Positions 49,458-58,818 of a stretch of 64,000 nt of DNA are shown here, in pieces. The notes below the pieces were generated by a model. The model searched no databases. It had not been told where the DNA came from and saw only the letters and a program-made list of their open reading frames with translations. The position numbers were made by a program, and so were the translations under genes. How positions within the stretch are numbered: position 1 is the first letter of the stretch; each line of letters begins with the position of its first letter. The stretch is from Chloroflexota bacterium (GTDB lineage Bacteria; Chloroflexota; Limnocylindria; Limnocylindrales; CSP1-4), in contig PLOC01000003.1 in NCBI GenBank assembly GCA_003141955.1, positions 462 to 64,461 on the forward strand. Direction: 5' to 3'.

Positions 49458-50257
49458 TGAACCCGGCGCAATGGCTGCCTGGCGGCAGGTCGCATCTGGA
49501 CGAGCGGCTGATCATGGCCGCGGCCGATGGCCGCGGGTCGATGGCTGCGTGGTCGGCCGGGCAGCGAACGCATCTGCTCCGTTGCGAACCGTGCCGCTCG
49601 CTGCTCGCGCGGCACGAAGAGCTGGCAGCCGCGCTCGGCGGAGAGTGGGGTCTGCGGGAGGTTCCGGGCGTGTCGCGTGCTTCGTATCGCGCCCCGATGC
49701 GACGAGCCCGGCAGGTTCTTGCCAGTCTCGCCGCGGTCGCGCTCGTCGCCGTGCTGGCGGGGAGCTGGTGGGCATGGCGCTCCAGCCCCTTTGCGGCGCA
49801 GCCGAGCCCGTCCTTCGCGGTGTATGCGGTGAATCCCGATGGCACGTTCGCGTATCTCAACACCTGCGTGATGCCGGCTCAGAACTACGGTCAAGGACAA
49901 CCGGACTGGGGCGAGGATTACCTCATTGGGGCCCGACTGTACCTCAACTTCACCGGCCAACCCGAGGCGCACGTCGCCGCTCTTCGTGCGCTCCTGCCTG
50001 CCGACTGCGCGGTGTACGTCCGGATCGTGCCGGTTTCCTCGGCGGTCGGTCGAGCTCTTCAGGAGCGGATCTCCGACGACGCGGCGTCGCTCCAGGCCGC
50101 GGGCGTCCAACTCACCACCGTTGGCTTCGACCCGATAGCCGACAAGGTCACGGTGAGTGTCTACCCACTAACGCCGCAGGCTCGGGCCGAGCTTGAGCGG
50201 CGCTATCCCGCGCAGATGCTGGAGATAACCGAGCAGGCAACCCTCCCGCCGGTGTGA
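49457..50257 (+). CDS. anti-sigma factor (zinc-finger N-terminus, single TM segment)
   Basis: HLLRCEPCRSLLARHEEL is an RsrA/ChrR-like zinc-binding region. TM segment VLASLAAVALVAVLAG. Overlaps the sigma stop (TGATG). Confidence 0.65.
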   Translation: MNPAQWLPGGRSHLDERLIMAAADGRGSMAAWSAGQRTHLLRCEPCRSLLARHEELAAALGGEWGLREVPGVSRASYRAPMRRARQVLASLAAVALVAVLAGSWWAWRSSPFAAQPSPSFAVYAVNPDGTFAYLNTCVMPAQNYGQGQPDWGEDYLIGARLYLNFTGQPEAHVAALRALLPADCAVYVRIVPVSSAVGRALQERISDDAASLQAAGVQLTTVGFDPIADKVTVSVYPLTPQARAELERRYPAQMLEITEQATLPPV

Positions 50258-50285
50258 GCCGGCCGGGTGGCGCCGCCTCCGACGC

Positions 50286-51377
50286 CTAAGGTTTGGCGGC
50301 CGCCCAGCCCTCGACTGAAGTGGTGACCGGCGCGCCGGTCGAGGCCGACTCTTCGATCGCCAGGCCGATGAGATGGTCCTGGCAGCCCTCGGCCAGCGGG
50401 TACGGCGGCGCGCCCTCGCCGCGACTCCAGGCCGCCATCGCGATTAGCATCGTGCCGATCGCGATCTCCTCGTCACTCAGGCGCAGGCCCGGGAACGGAT
50501 TCCGGTACAGGATGGTGTCGCCCAGGCTGATGTGGTCCGTGTCGAACCCGTCGAGATCGAGGTCGTAGCCGGTCTGGCGGCGGACCAGCGGAGACCGCAC
50601 GATCGTGCGAGGCCCGACGAGCCGAACCACCTCGTCGTTCGCGATCTCTCCCGCGGAGCCGCGGATCACGATCCGGCGCGACCGGAGCTGGTTGTGCCAC
50701 TGGTTGTCGGTGAAGTCGTAGAGCCCCATGGAGCCGCCGAAGTCGATGGTCGCGATGGTCGTCTTCGCGTCCTTTGGCCGGTCGTCGTCGGTCCACGCGT
50801 CCTTCACCAGCGGGTCGATGAGCGGCGCGACGAACGTTCCGGCGCTCACCTTCGCCGTCTCGAACCGGGCGCCCAGGAAGGTCCGCATCAGCGCCACAGC
50901 GTGATAGAGGTGCGTCGAGGACACCTGTACGGACGTCACCGTGCCGATCGCGCCCGGGCGCGCGAGGGCGAGCCTCGATGCGTGGCTGGGCATGAGCGCA
51001 TACTGCTCGGCGACCTGGACCAGGCCGCTCGCCCCCACTACCTGCCAAAGCCGGCGGAGCCCATCGATGTCGGGCGCGGGTGGCGTCTCGGACAGGACCG
51101 GCACGCCGAGCTCGACCGCGGCCTGCACCAGGCCCGGCGTCGCCGGCCACGGCACGCTGACAATCACGAAGTCCGGACGCTGGCTCGCGACCAGTTCCGC
51201 CACGGAGCCGTACGCGGGCACGCCCCACTGCCTGGACGCGGCCTCTGTCCGATCCGGGCTGTGTCCGACGAGTCCGACGACCTCGAGCTGCGCTGGCAGC
51301 AGCCGGGCCAGCCGGAAGTAGAATTGCGCTCGCCAGCCGGTCCCGACGATGCCGAAGCGGCCTCGCCCTGCAGTCAT
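50286..51377 (-). CDS. Gfo/Idh/MocA-family oxidoreductase
   Basis: N-terminal Rossmann fold FGIVGTGWRAQFY...; 363 aa. Confidence 0.75.
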   Translation of the reverse strand: MTAGRGRFGIVGTGWRAQFYFRLARLLPAQLEVVGLVGHSPDRTEAASRQWGVPAYGSVAELVASQRPDFVIVSVPWPATPGLVQAAVELGVPVLSETPPAPDIDGLRRLWQVVGASGLVQVAEQYALMPSHASRLALARPGAIGTVTSVQVSSTHLYHAVALMRTFLGARFETAKVSAGTFVAPLIDPLVKDAWTDDDRPKDAKTTIATIDFGGSMGLYDFTDNQWHNQLRSRRIVIRGSAGEIANDEVVRLVGPRTIVRSPLVRRQTGYDLDLDGFDTDHISLGDTILYRNPFPGLRLSDEEIAIGTMLIAMAAWSRGEGAPPYPLAEGCQDHLIGLAIEESASTGAPVTTSVEGWAAAKP

Positions 51378-51648
51378 CTCATGCTCCTGTCGCGAGGTCT
51401 CTGGACCATCGGACGATATCAGGTGGGCGCCTAGCCGTCCTGGCCCGCCGATGACCAGCGCCGTCCGTAGTTGGGATGTACATGGGGGGTGCGGATCGCA
51501 GCCGAGCCCGCGGACCGGCGGCGCGCGGATCGGCCCTTACGCGAGATTGGCTCCCAGTCAGGCGACGCGAGGCCGCCACGGTGGCAGTACCCACCCAGGT
51601 CCGCCGGCCAACGCACGTGATCTCGGGGCACAACCCCTGGCTGCCCCG

Positions 51649-51679
51649 AAACGAGGAAGGGCACCCAGCTAGGGTGCCC
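51649..51679 (-). terminator. intrinsic terminator downstream of tRNA-Gly
   Basis: GGGCACCC-agcta-GGGTGCCC perfect 8-bp stem, followed on the minus strand by TTCCTCGTTT. Confidence 0.6.
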
Positions 51680-51703
51680 TCACGTTACCGGAACGGAAGA
51701 ATG

Positions 51704-51779
51704 TGGAGCGGGAGACGGGATTCGAACCCGCGACATTCTGCTTGGGAAGCAGACACTCTGCCAGCTGAGTTACTCCCGC
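51704..51779 (-). tRNA. tRNA-Gly (anticodon CCC)
   Basis: GCGGGAGTAACTCAGCTGGCAGAGTGTCTGCTTCCCAAGCAGAATGTCGCGGGTTCGAATCCCGTCTCCCGCTCCA. Cloverleaf with anticodon loop TTCCCAA, a GTTCGAATC T-loop, discriminator U and encoded CCA. Confidence 0.9.
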
Positions 51780-51782
51780 TCG
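51741..51782 (+). repeat. att core copy 1 (inside tRNA-Gly; covers tRNA nt 1-39 plus 3 nt of 5' flank)
   Basis: CTTGGGAAGCAGACACTCTGCCAGCTGAGTTACTCCCGCTCG; identical 42-mers at 54735-54776 and 56923-56964. Confidence 0.85.
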
Positions 51783-51866
51783 ATTCACGCTCGTGGAGAG
51801 CGTCTGCCTTTCGGAGAGGCCCGCCGCGCTGGTCCTGGAGCAGAAAACTGAGTAAGATGGTGCGAG

Positions 51867-52907
51867 ATGCGCGAGCCATCCGACCCAGCCTCGCTGCCAC
51901 CCGTGCGACGTGCCCGACCGAGCGGCGCCCATCCTACACCGCGCCCCGCCGCCCCGGCAACGACCGCCCTCGCCTCCGACATCGCGAGCTTCCGCCGCCA
52001 TCTCGCGGCCCGCAACCTGTCGCCCAAGACCGAGCGGACGTACACCGACGCCGCAGTCCTGTTCGAGGCCTTCATTGCCCGCGAGGGTCCGCCCGCTGCC
52101 CTGCCGGCGATCCGGCGCGAGCACGTCGAGGCCTTCATAGCCGACCAGCTCCGCCGTTACAGGCCCACCACCGCGCACAACCGGTACCGCAGCCTCCAGG
52201 CGCTTTTCAAGTGGGCAGTCGAAGAAGAGATGATTGTGACCTCGCCGATGGATCGGATGAAGCCGCCGATCGTCGGGGAGCAGCTGCCGCCGATGCTGAG
52301 TGACGATGAGATCCGGGCCTTGCTCAACGTCTGTGCCGAAGATCACACGTTCGCGGGCCGGCGCGACGAGGCGCTCGTCCGGGTGCTGCTCGACAGCGGT
52401 GCCCGTCGGGCCGAGATCGCCGCACTGCGCTGGACGCCTGGCAACCCGGAAACGAACGACGTCGACCTCGATGGCCGCCAGCTGCGGGTGCTGGGGAAGG
52501 GCCGGCGGGAGCGCCTGGTGGTGATCGGTCGAGAGGCGGTCAGGGCACTCGATCGTTACCTGCGCTACCGCGACGGCGGAACACGTCATGGCAAGTTGAT
52601 CCCGCCGCACCACTCGGCTCACCTGCCCAACCTTTGGCTCGGACCCAAGGGCGCCTTCACGGAATCCGGGATGGGCCAGATGATCCATGAACGGGGCGTC
52701 GCCGCCGGTCTCGGGCATCACGTTCACCCCCACATGTTCCGCCGGACCTACGCCCACAAGATGCTCGCCGGGGGCATGAGCGAGACCGATCTGATGACGC
52801 TCGCTGGCTGGCGCTCACGGACGATGGTCTCGCGCTACGCCGCGTCGGCGGCCGCTGAGCGAGCCGCCGAGGTGGGTAAGCGGCTGAGCCCGGGCGACAA
52901 GCTGTAG
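51867..52907 (+). CDS. int: tyrosine recombinase / phage-type integrase
   Basis: N-terminal SAM-like domain (ASDIASFRRHLAARNLSPKTERTY). Catalytic region has HPHMFRRTYAHKM and MVSRYAAS (Tyr). Confidence 0.85.
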   Translation: MREPSDPASLPPVRRARPSGAHPTPRPAAPATTALASDIASFRRHLAARNLSPKTERTYTDAAVLFEAFIAREGPPAALPAIRREHVEAFIADQLRRYRPTTAHNRYRSLQALFKWAVEEEMIVTSPMDRMKPPIVGEQLPPMLSDDEIRALLNVCAEDHTFAGRRDEALVRVLLDSGARRAEIAALRWTPGNPETNDVDLDGRQLRVLGKGRRERLVVIGREAVRALDRYLRYRDGGTRHGKLIPPHHSAHLPNLWLGPKGAFTESGMGQMIHERGVAAGLGHHVHPHMFRRTYAHKMLAGGMSETDLMTLAGWRSRTMVSRYAASAAAERAAEVGKRLSPGDKL

Positions 52908-52966
52908 GTGCTGGCGCGTCGGGGGATTACCGAGGCCGGCGTCCAGCCCGGTCGCGTCCGGCGGGG

Positions 52967-53902
52967 TTGCGAGTTCGTCAGGGGCCTCCACCGCCAGTGC
53001 GATCAGGTGCAGGATTCGACGAAGAGCGTGCGATCCTGCCTATGAGCGACCTGGCGGGTCTGACTGTTTGCTCTGCTCGGTCTTGGCCAGCACACATCAC
53101 GACCGGAGAGGTTCACGGACGGCAACCGGCCCTCAGCGTCGCGAGCACGAAGGCAGCGCTCGCGGCCTTGACTGCCACCCTCCGCATCTATACTGTTCGC
53201 ACTATGTTTGAGGATACGTCTTCCCCTGCGCCGGGCTTTCTGCCCATCGTCCCCGCGGCCAAACGCCTCGGCGTCACGCAGGGGCGAGTCCGTCAACTGA
53301 TCAAGTCCGGCGATCTCCTCGCCAACCAGGTTGGCGACATCTGGCTTGTCGAGAGTGAGAGCGTGGAACGCCGGATCGCCCTTGCGCCGGGCCATGGCCG
53401 CAGGCTCACGCCAGCTCGCGCCTGGGGCCTATTGTGCATTGCCGATCACCAGCCGGCTCCGTGGCTCGATAGGTCCGCCCGATACAGGGTGAGGGCGCTG
53501 CTCCGAGATCGCGGTCTTCGCGCCTTGAGTTCGAAGCTGGTCGATCGGGGTCTGCCCGTGCGGCTACGATCCCACCCATCTCTTCTCCGGCGACTGCGCA
53601 ACGATCCCCGCCTCATGCTGACCGGCGCTACGGCCGCGGCCGAACTCGGTCTCGGCCTGCTTGCTGGCGATGTCGTGGAGGCATACATCGAGGGCGGCCG
53701 GTTCGAGGAGATCAGCCAGGAGTATCACCTGCAGCCGAGCCGAGAGACCAACGTCGTGCTGCGTCGGGTTCGGGACTTCGCGGCTACTTGGCCGCTCGCT
53801 CCCAAGACGCCACTGTTGGCCATCGCGCTCGATCTTTCCGAGGATCCCGATCCGCGGGTGCGCGAACTCGGGGCGTCACTGCTCGACCGCATTGACCCGT
53901 GA
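52967..53902 (+). CDS. AbiEi-like type IV toxin-antitoxin antitoxin / transcriptional regulator (excisionase-type HTH)
   Basis: LPIVPAAKRLGVTQGRVRQLIKSGDLLANQVGDIWLV is an excisionase-family HTH, followed by an AbiEi-like C-terminal domain. The true start may be the ATG at 53204. Confidence 0.5.
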   Translation: MRVRQGPPPPVRSGAGFDEERAILPMSDLAGLTVCSARSWPAHITTGEVHGRQPALSVASTKAALAALTATLRIYTVRTMFEDTSSPAPGFLPIVPAAKRLGVTQGRVRQLIKSGDLLANQVGDIWLVESESVERRIALAPGHGRRLTPARAWGLLCIADHQPAPWLDRSARYRVRALLRDRGLRALSSKLVDRGLPVRLRSHPSLLRRLRNDPRLMLTGATAAAELGLGLLAGDVVEAYIEGGRFEEISQEYHLQPSRETNVVLRRVRDFAATWPLAPKTPLLAIALDLSEDPDPRVRELGASLLDRIDP

Positions 53903-54624
53903 CTCAGCCGATCGTCGTCCATTCGGCAAGCGAGGCCGATGCACACCTCTGGCGGCTGACCAAGGAGATCACGGTCTTGTTCGCCGGCCTGCCATGGGTC
54001 CTCATCGGGGGTCAGATGGTCGCCATCCTCGAGGCTGAGCACGGGGCTGTTATTGGCAGGGCGACGGCAGACGTCGACGCGCTGCTCGATGTGCGGGTCG
54101 TGTCCACCGTCGCCCAGGATGCCGCAAATCTCCTCCGAGCTGCTGGCTTCGAGCCTGAGCAGATCGGCGAAGGACTGGCATATCGCTTCAGGCGAGGCGC
54201 TGGCATCGTCGACATCCTGGTTCCCGACCATCTCGGCGGCCGCGCCGATTTGCGGACTGTGCCGCCCGGCATCACGCTTGAGGCGCTTGGTGGCCGCCAA
54301 GCGCTGAACCGGTCTCGCCGGGTTCAGGTGGATGCCGGGGACGGCGTCTTCGAGGTGCCCATCCCTTCGCTCATCGGCGCGATCGTGATCAAGGCCCGCG
54401 TTACCGGGGCCAGCCAGACTGGCGCCGACAAACACCGTCGCGATCTCGCCCGATTGCTCGCCCTGGTCCAAGACCCAACCGCAAGCCGAGGTGAGCTGAA
54501 CAAGGGTGAGCGAGCCTGTTTGCGAGCTCGGACCGAACTTCGGAGCGTCGATCACCCGGCCTGGCGCGGCATCGCAGGAGCGAAAGACGGCGTCCTGGCC
54601 CTCTCGATCCTGGGTGGCTCGTAG
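53899..54624 (+). CDS. AbiEii-like nucleotidyltransferase toxin (DUF1814 type)
   Basis: VLIGGQMVAILEAEHGAVIGRATADVDALLDV is the NTase GG...DxD signature. GTG overlaps the upstream stop (GTGA). Confidence 0.5.
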   Translation: MTQPIVVHSASEADAHLWRLTKEITVLFAGLPWVLIGGQMVAILEAEHGAVIGRATADVDALLDVRVVSTVAQDAANLLRAAGFEPEQIGEGLAYRFRRGAGIVDILVPDHLGGRADLRTVPPGITLEALGGRQALNRSRRVQVDAGDGVFEVPIPSLIGAIVIKARVTGASQTGADKHRRDLARLLALVQDPTASRGELNKGERACLRARTELRSVDHPAWRGIAGAKDGVLALSILGGS

Positions 54625-54734
54625 CCATCGCAGCAGGGGCTGGCTCGTGTCAAGTCGCCAAGAGCAACAGCGTATAACTGGGTGAGAAACCGAGGGGTCG
54701 CCATGAGGGGGGCCGTGGCTGTGGGAGGCTCAGA

Positions 54735-54776
54735 CTTGGGAAGCAGACACTCTGCCAGCTGAGTTACTCCCGCTCG
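54735..54776 (+). repeat. att core copy 2, embedded in a flank of about 150 bp shared with copy 3
   Basis: Identical 42-mer. Flanks GAGGGGTCGCCATGAGGGGGGCCGTGGCTGTGGGAGGCTCAGA and ...GTTATAGCAGATCGCGCGA are shared with copy 3. Confidence 0.85.
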
Positions 54777-54930
54777 GAGCAGAACGAGTTATAGCAGATC
54801 GCGCGAAGGCCGCGGAAGAGCGCGATTGGGCGGAGGTCTGCCAGACGCGAAGAATGTCGGAAGGTCGGTTTGCCGCTGGTCTCCACGAGATGACCCGACG
54901 AAGAACTTCGGCGGCGGCCCGTCCCGAGCC

Positions 54931-55590
54931 TCAGCTAGGCAGCGCCCTGTTCGCCCGTACCCATTCGAGCCAGTGGCGTTCGGCTCCGATGGTGGTTGCC
55001 GCACCGTGGCCGGGCAACACCGTCAGCCGGTCGTCCAGACCGACCAGGCGGCTCAGCGACTCTGCCATCTGCTCCTCGGATCCGCCGGGGAGATCGGTCC
55101 GGCCCCATGATCCTGCGAACAGCGTGTCACCCGAGAGCAGGAGACTGTTCGTGAGGTCGAGCAGACAGACCGAGCCCTCGGTGTGTCCCGGCGTGTGCAG
55201 GACCTCGAGGTCGATCTCGCCGAACTTGACTCGGCCACCCTCGGCCAGTTCCACCGCCGGAACGCTGGGCGGGATGGGAAACGGGGCGAAGAGCGGCTGC
55301 GGGTGCAAGAGCATCTCGCGGTCGAGTGGATGCACGGCGATGCGAGCGTCGTCGCCGCGTTGACGACCGTGCGTCCAGGCTTGCACAGCCGCGTTGTCGC
55401 CCACGTGGTCCCAGTGGCCGTGGGTGGACACGATCAGTTTCAGCCGCCAGCCACGCTCCTCGAGGAGGCCGCCCAGCCAGGCAACCGAGGGAATCGCCGT
55501 GTCGATCGCGATCGCCTCGTGCGTCCGCGAATCGGCGAGGACGTAGACGTTGGTCGCGATCGGGCCAACCGTCCGGCTGAGGAGCTCCAT
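54931..55590 (-). CDS. MBL-fold metallo-hydrolase (glyoxalase II / hydroxyacylglutathione hydrolase-like)
   Basis: VSTHGHWDHVGD (HxHxDH) and later PGHTEGS. 219 aa. Confidence 0.75.
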   Translation of the reverse strand: MELLSRTVGPIATNVYVLADSRTHEAIAIDTAIPSVAWLGGLLEERGWRLKLIVSTHGHWDHVGDNAAVQAWTHGRQRGDDARIAVHPLDREMLLHPQPLFAPFPIPPSVPAVELAEGGRVKFGEIDLEVLHTPGHTEGSVCLLDLTNSLLLSGDTLFAGSWGRTDLPGGSEEQMAESLSRLVGLDDRLTVLPGHGAATTIGAERHWLEWVRANRALPS

Positions 55591-55820
55591 GCTCGGAGAC
55601 TAGCACGGCTTCGAGGTGGTCCCGCTGGCCACCAGCCTGGGCCGTTGCGGCACATGGTCGGCGCCGCGAGTCGGTCCCATCAGACTGGCGCCGGTCAACT
55701 TACGATCCGACGGGCGGCTCACACAGGTTTCGGTCTCGCGTCCGCGACCACGAGGTGGCGCGTTCGGCGTAGGCTGGACAAGTCCGGGTTCATCGCGCCC
55801 TGTGGGCCGCCCATACCGTA

Positions 55821-55925
55821 GCGGGCTGGCGCTCGCGGACGATGGTTTCGCGCTACGCGGCGTCGGCCGCCACCGAACGGGCCGCTGAGGTGGGCAAGCG
55901 GTTGAGCCCGGGCCGACAAGCTTTA
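55821..55925 (+). pseudogene. integrase 3'-end remnant
   Basis: About 85% identical to the last 100 nt or so of the int gene, plus roughly 100 nt of downstream similarity (GCTGGCGCTCGCGGACGATGGTTTCGCGCTACGC...). A 1-nt indel gives GGGCCGACAAG versus GGGCGACAAG. Confidence 0.7.
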
Positions 55926-56111
55926 GGTGCTGGTTCGTGGGAGATTACCCAGCCTAAGGTCCCGCACGGTCGCCTGGGGCGGGGTTGCCGAGTTCGTCTG
56001 TGGTCTCCGCCGCCGGTGTTCGCCGTCCCGAGCCGCAGGGCGAGTCGCCGGAGGCGGTCCTCGACTGCGAGATGCTCACCGCCAGGAGTGCCGTCCGCGG
56101 TGTGTGTGATG

Positions 56112-56669
56112 TCAGGTGTCGGAGCGGAGCGGCTCGAGTGTGAGGGTCAGCACGTCCTTTCGCGCGAAGATGCCCAGGAAGCGAACGCCGCAGAGGAAGA
56201 GCGCGACGCCGAGCCCGCTGTAGAAGAAGGCGATCATCCAGTCCGGCATCAGGTGCGAGAGGCGGAGTGCCATGCCGCCGCCCATCATCACCGCCATCAC
56301 CGCCCAGGACGAGGCGTTGAAGAAGTGCCAGAAGGGGAGCCGATCCTCCGCCCGCGCGCGGATTCGACCGGCGTGCTTCCGGACGAGCCGGGAGAAGATG
56401 ACGAAGTAGAACACGAGGAAGATCACCACCGCGAGCGGGAAGAGGATCAGGTGCGAGGGCGCCAGCCCGAACTCCAACGGCAGCCCGATTATGCAGACCA
56501 TCGCCCCCGCCGCGCACCAGACTAGGCCGGCGATGAGCATCAGGTGGTTCTTGGGAATGTGGACGACTTGCACGCTTCGAACACTCCTGACGCACTGGTC
56601 GATGGGTGGCGCGATTGTACCCACACGGAATGTGAGGTCGCGCGCAGAGGTATCAGCCTGGCGCTCCAC
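56112..56669 (-). CDS. small integral membrane protein (hypothetical)
   Basis: Four hydrophobic helices (MLIAGLVWCAAGAMVCIIGL...). The reported start is GTG at 56669; the internal ATG at 56540 is an alternative. Confidence 0.45.
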   Translation of the reverse strand: MERQADTSARDLTFRVGTIAPPIDQCVRSVRSVQVVHIPKNHLMLIAGLVWCAAGAMVCIIGLPLEFGLAPSHLILFPLAVVIFLVFYFVIFSRLVRKHAGRIRARAEDRLPFWHFFNASSWAVMAVMMGGGMALRLSHLMPDWMIAFFYSGLGVALFLCGVRFLGIFARKDVLTLTLEPLRSDT

Positions 56670-56922
56670 GGCTCGGGGTGCGCATCACTGCCCGTCGGCG
56701 ATGTCCCGCGCTGGTCCGATCTTCCGGCCGGGGATCGTTTGGGACCCTACGGCCGCCCCCGGGTGGCTCCTCGACGAACTGCTGCCGAACCTGGAGATCT
56801 GACGGGCGATTGGGGCGGCATGGCGGTCCACTCGTCTCGAATTGGCCCAGAGTGACAGCGGATAACTGTGGTCGAAACGGAGGGGTCGCCACGAGGGGAG
56901 CCGTGGCTATGGGAGGCTCAGA

Positions 56923-56964
56923 CTTGGGAAGCAGACACTCTGCCAGCTGAGTTACTCCCGCTCG
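56923..56964 (+). repeat. att core copy 3
   Basis: Identical 42-mer. Confidence 0.85.
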
Positions 56965-57185
56965 GCGAGCAAGCGCAGTTATAGCAGATCGCGCGAGAGG
57001 GTCGGAAGGGGGCTGGTCAAGGGCTTTCGGTCGCGCGGACATTCTGCGCAGGAGGCAAAGGCACTCGGTCTATCGGCCTTGTTCTGGTTCTGGCCGAGCG
57101 ACGGGATGGCGCAACGCGCCTGAACCGGTGGCCCGAGGACGGTCGATTCGCTGCCATCCCCGGCCACCGCGGCGTCCAGCGACCC

Positions 57186-57401
57186 TCAGGCGTCGTCCAG
57201 GATCCGGTCGGCCTTCCGGTCGATCTTCTGCTTCTGAGCGCCGGTGATCTTCCCTTCGCTCTCTTGCTGGGACGCGCGTGCCTTGGCATTGCGGGCGTGA
57301 GATTCGTCGGGCATCGGGTACTTGCGCTCGCCGGGTAGCCCGAAATCCGAGCTGGGCAGAGACTCTCGTTTCTTGGGACTCAGCTTGGCCATCTTGGTCA
57401 C
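57186..57401 (-). CDS. small basic hypothetical protein
   Basis: 71 aa, MTKMAKLSPKKRESLPSSDFGLPGERKYPMPDESHARNA... Confidence 0.35.
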   Translation of the reverse strand: MTKMAKLSPKKRESLPSSDFGLPGERKYPMPDESHARNAKARASQQESEGKITGAQKQKIDRKADRILDDA

Positions 57402-58029
57402 TCCTTTGACTAGTGCGCGTGCGCAGAAGCCATCAGCGCTGGGATCGGCACCGGAATGGGCCTGCCTGGCAGGTCTGGTCTCTCCTGCCTCGCTCCGTCG
57501 GCGTCGTCGGCGTCATCGTCTTCGTGGTCATCGTTCTCTGGGTATTCGGCTCATCAGGCTGTAAGCCGAGGCGTCGGGGCCACCACTCGGAACGTTCCTC
57601 GATGAGGTCAGGCGCGGTAGTTAGGAGTGGCAGGCACGACAAGATCGCGTCCTCGCGCTTGGGACGCGATCTCGTTAGGAGTGAGGGATCGGCCCGCGCA
57701 AGATGGCGCGGGCTATCAGCGACGGTAGAGACTGAACCCGCCGCCGAAAAGGAGGATGAGGACCACGATGATTAGCAGGATTTCCATGGGGAACCTTCTT
57801 TCGGCCTCAGCTTGGTCGTCTTCACCCGAAGGAACGAGGATGGAAACTCCATTCCGGAGAACCGCAGTCGACCACAGCCGGCAGTGGGCCGCTCCGCGAT
57901 TAGGGCCGTGCTCCGCCGTTGAGGAGGCGGGTTCTCATCCTCGCGGCCGGCGTCGATGGCGCCCAGACTCAAAGAGCGGCATGAGGATTCATGCCTGACT
58001 TGGGCAAGCGCAGCTAATGGAGTACCGAG

Positions 58030-58203
58030 ATGACCGGTGAGTACAACAAAGGCACTGTCAACAAGGCCAAGGGCAAGGTCGAGGAAGGGCTCGGCAAGTT
58101 GACCGGCAACACGTCGCAGCAAGCCAAGGGCAAGGCAAAGCAGGTCCAGGGTAGCGCCCAGCAGGCCGTGGGCAACGTCCAGGACGCCACCCGACGGCGC
58201 TGA
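58030..58203 (+). CDS. CsbD-family stress protein
   Basis: 57 aa, MTGEYNKGTVNKAKGKVEEGLGKLTGNTSQQAKGKAKQVQGSAQQAVGNVQDATRRR (KxKG repeats). RBS GGAG upstream. Absent from the ORF track because it is shorter than 60 aa. Confidence 0.7.
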   Translation: MTGEYNKGTVNKAKGKVEEGLGKLTGNTSQQAKGKAKQVQGSAQQAVGNVQDATRRR

Positions 58204-58306
58204 CAGGGAGGCCGTCGTCGAAGACGGCATGAAGCGCCCACGCGCTAACGCTCAGCTGGAGCGCGAGGCCCGTTCGTCTAGCTGAGAGCCGCAGTCTGCT
58301 CAACAC

Positions 58307-58777
58307 ATGGCGCTGTGGCGCCTGGAGCGGGGCGCGCGAACTCTGATTGAGCTAGGTGTAGAGGTCCTCGAACGCGGCGAATATCGCGAAGAACAGCCGC
58401 TGCACGATCTCATCGAATCGCCCACTCGTCGCCGTTGGGCGCTCGCCACCGTGGGCCGCCCTGTTCCGAACGACCAGCGCGATCGAGGCGTCGCTCTCAC
58501 GTGGGGTCAGGACGCGTGGGAAGCCCGCGTCTACGACAGCACCCCGGCGCATGCATTCCTGCGGATGCTCGATCCCAAGAACGGGCTCGCCCCGGGCGAC
58601 CCGGCGCGCATGGCGGCCGGAATCATTTCGAGCGTTGACCGAGAGCCCGCTCCCTTGCGCATGATCCTGGGATCCGACGCGCTCCGGAATACCCTCACGG
58701 TACTCAAGGCGCGCGTCGCAGCGTTCGAGGCGCAGACCGAGATCGCTGCCTCGACAGACTTCCCGCCCGGAGAGTGA
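58307..58777 (+). CDS. hypothetical protein; its C-terminus resembles the C-terminal tail of some SDR-family oxidoreductases (possible gene remnant)
   Basis: ...RMILGSDALRNTLTVLKARVAAFEAQTEIAASTDF. No Rossmann N-terminus is present. Confidence 0.3.
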   Translation: MALWRLERGARTLIELGVEVLERGEYREEQPLHDLIESPTRRRWALATVGRPVPNDQRDRGVALTWGQDAWEARVYDSTPAHAFLRMLDPKNGLAPGDPARMAAGIISSVDREPAPLRMILGSDALRNTLTVLKARVAAFEAQTEIAASTDFPPGE

Positions 58778-58818
58778 TGTTCGTGGACACTGAGCGTCGA
58801 CGTTCCAAAGGAGAAGAG

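Larger units (their letters stand above)
51783..54734 (+). mobile_element. integrative element 1 at tRNA-Gly (integrase plus AbiEi/AbiEii cargo)
   Basis: Bounded by att core copies 1 and 2. Contains a tyrosine integrase gene adjacent to the tRNA 5' end. Confidence 0.65.
54777..56922 (+). mobile_element. integrative element 2 (decayed; integrase reduced to a 3' remnant)
   Basis: Lies between att copies 2 and 3. Contains an MBL-fold hydrolase gene, an integrase 3' remnant and a membrane protein gene. Confidence 0.55.

Noticed and set aside
55842-56525. 227-aa ORF starting inside the integrase remnant
   Set aside because: Only the first 25 residues or so match the integrase C-terminus. The rest is read-through low complexity antisense to the membrane protein gene.
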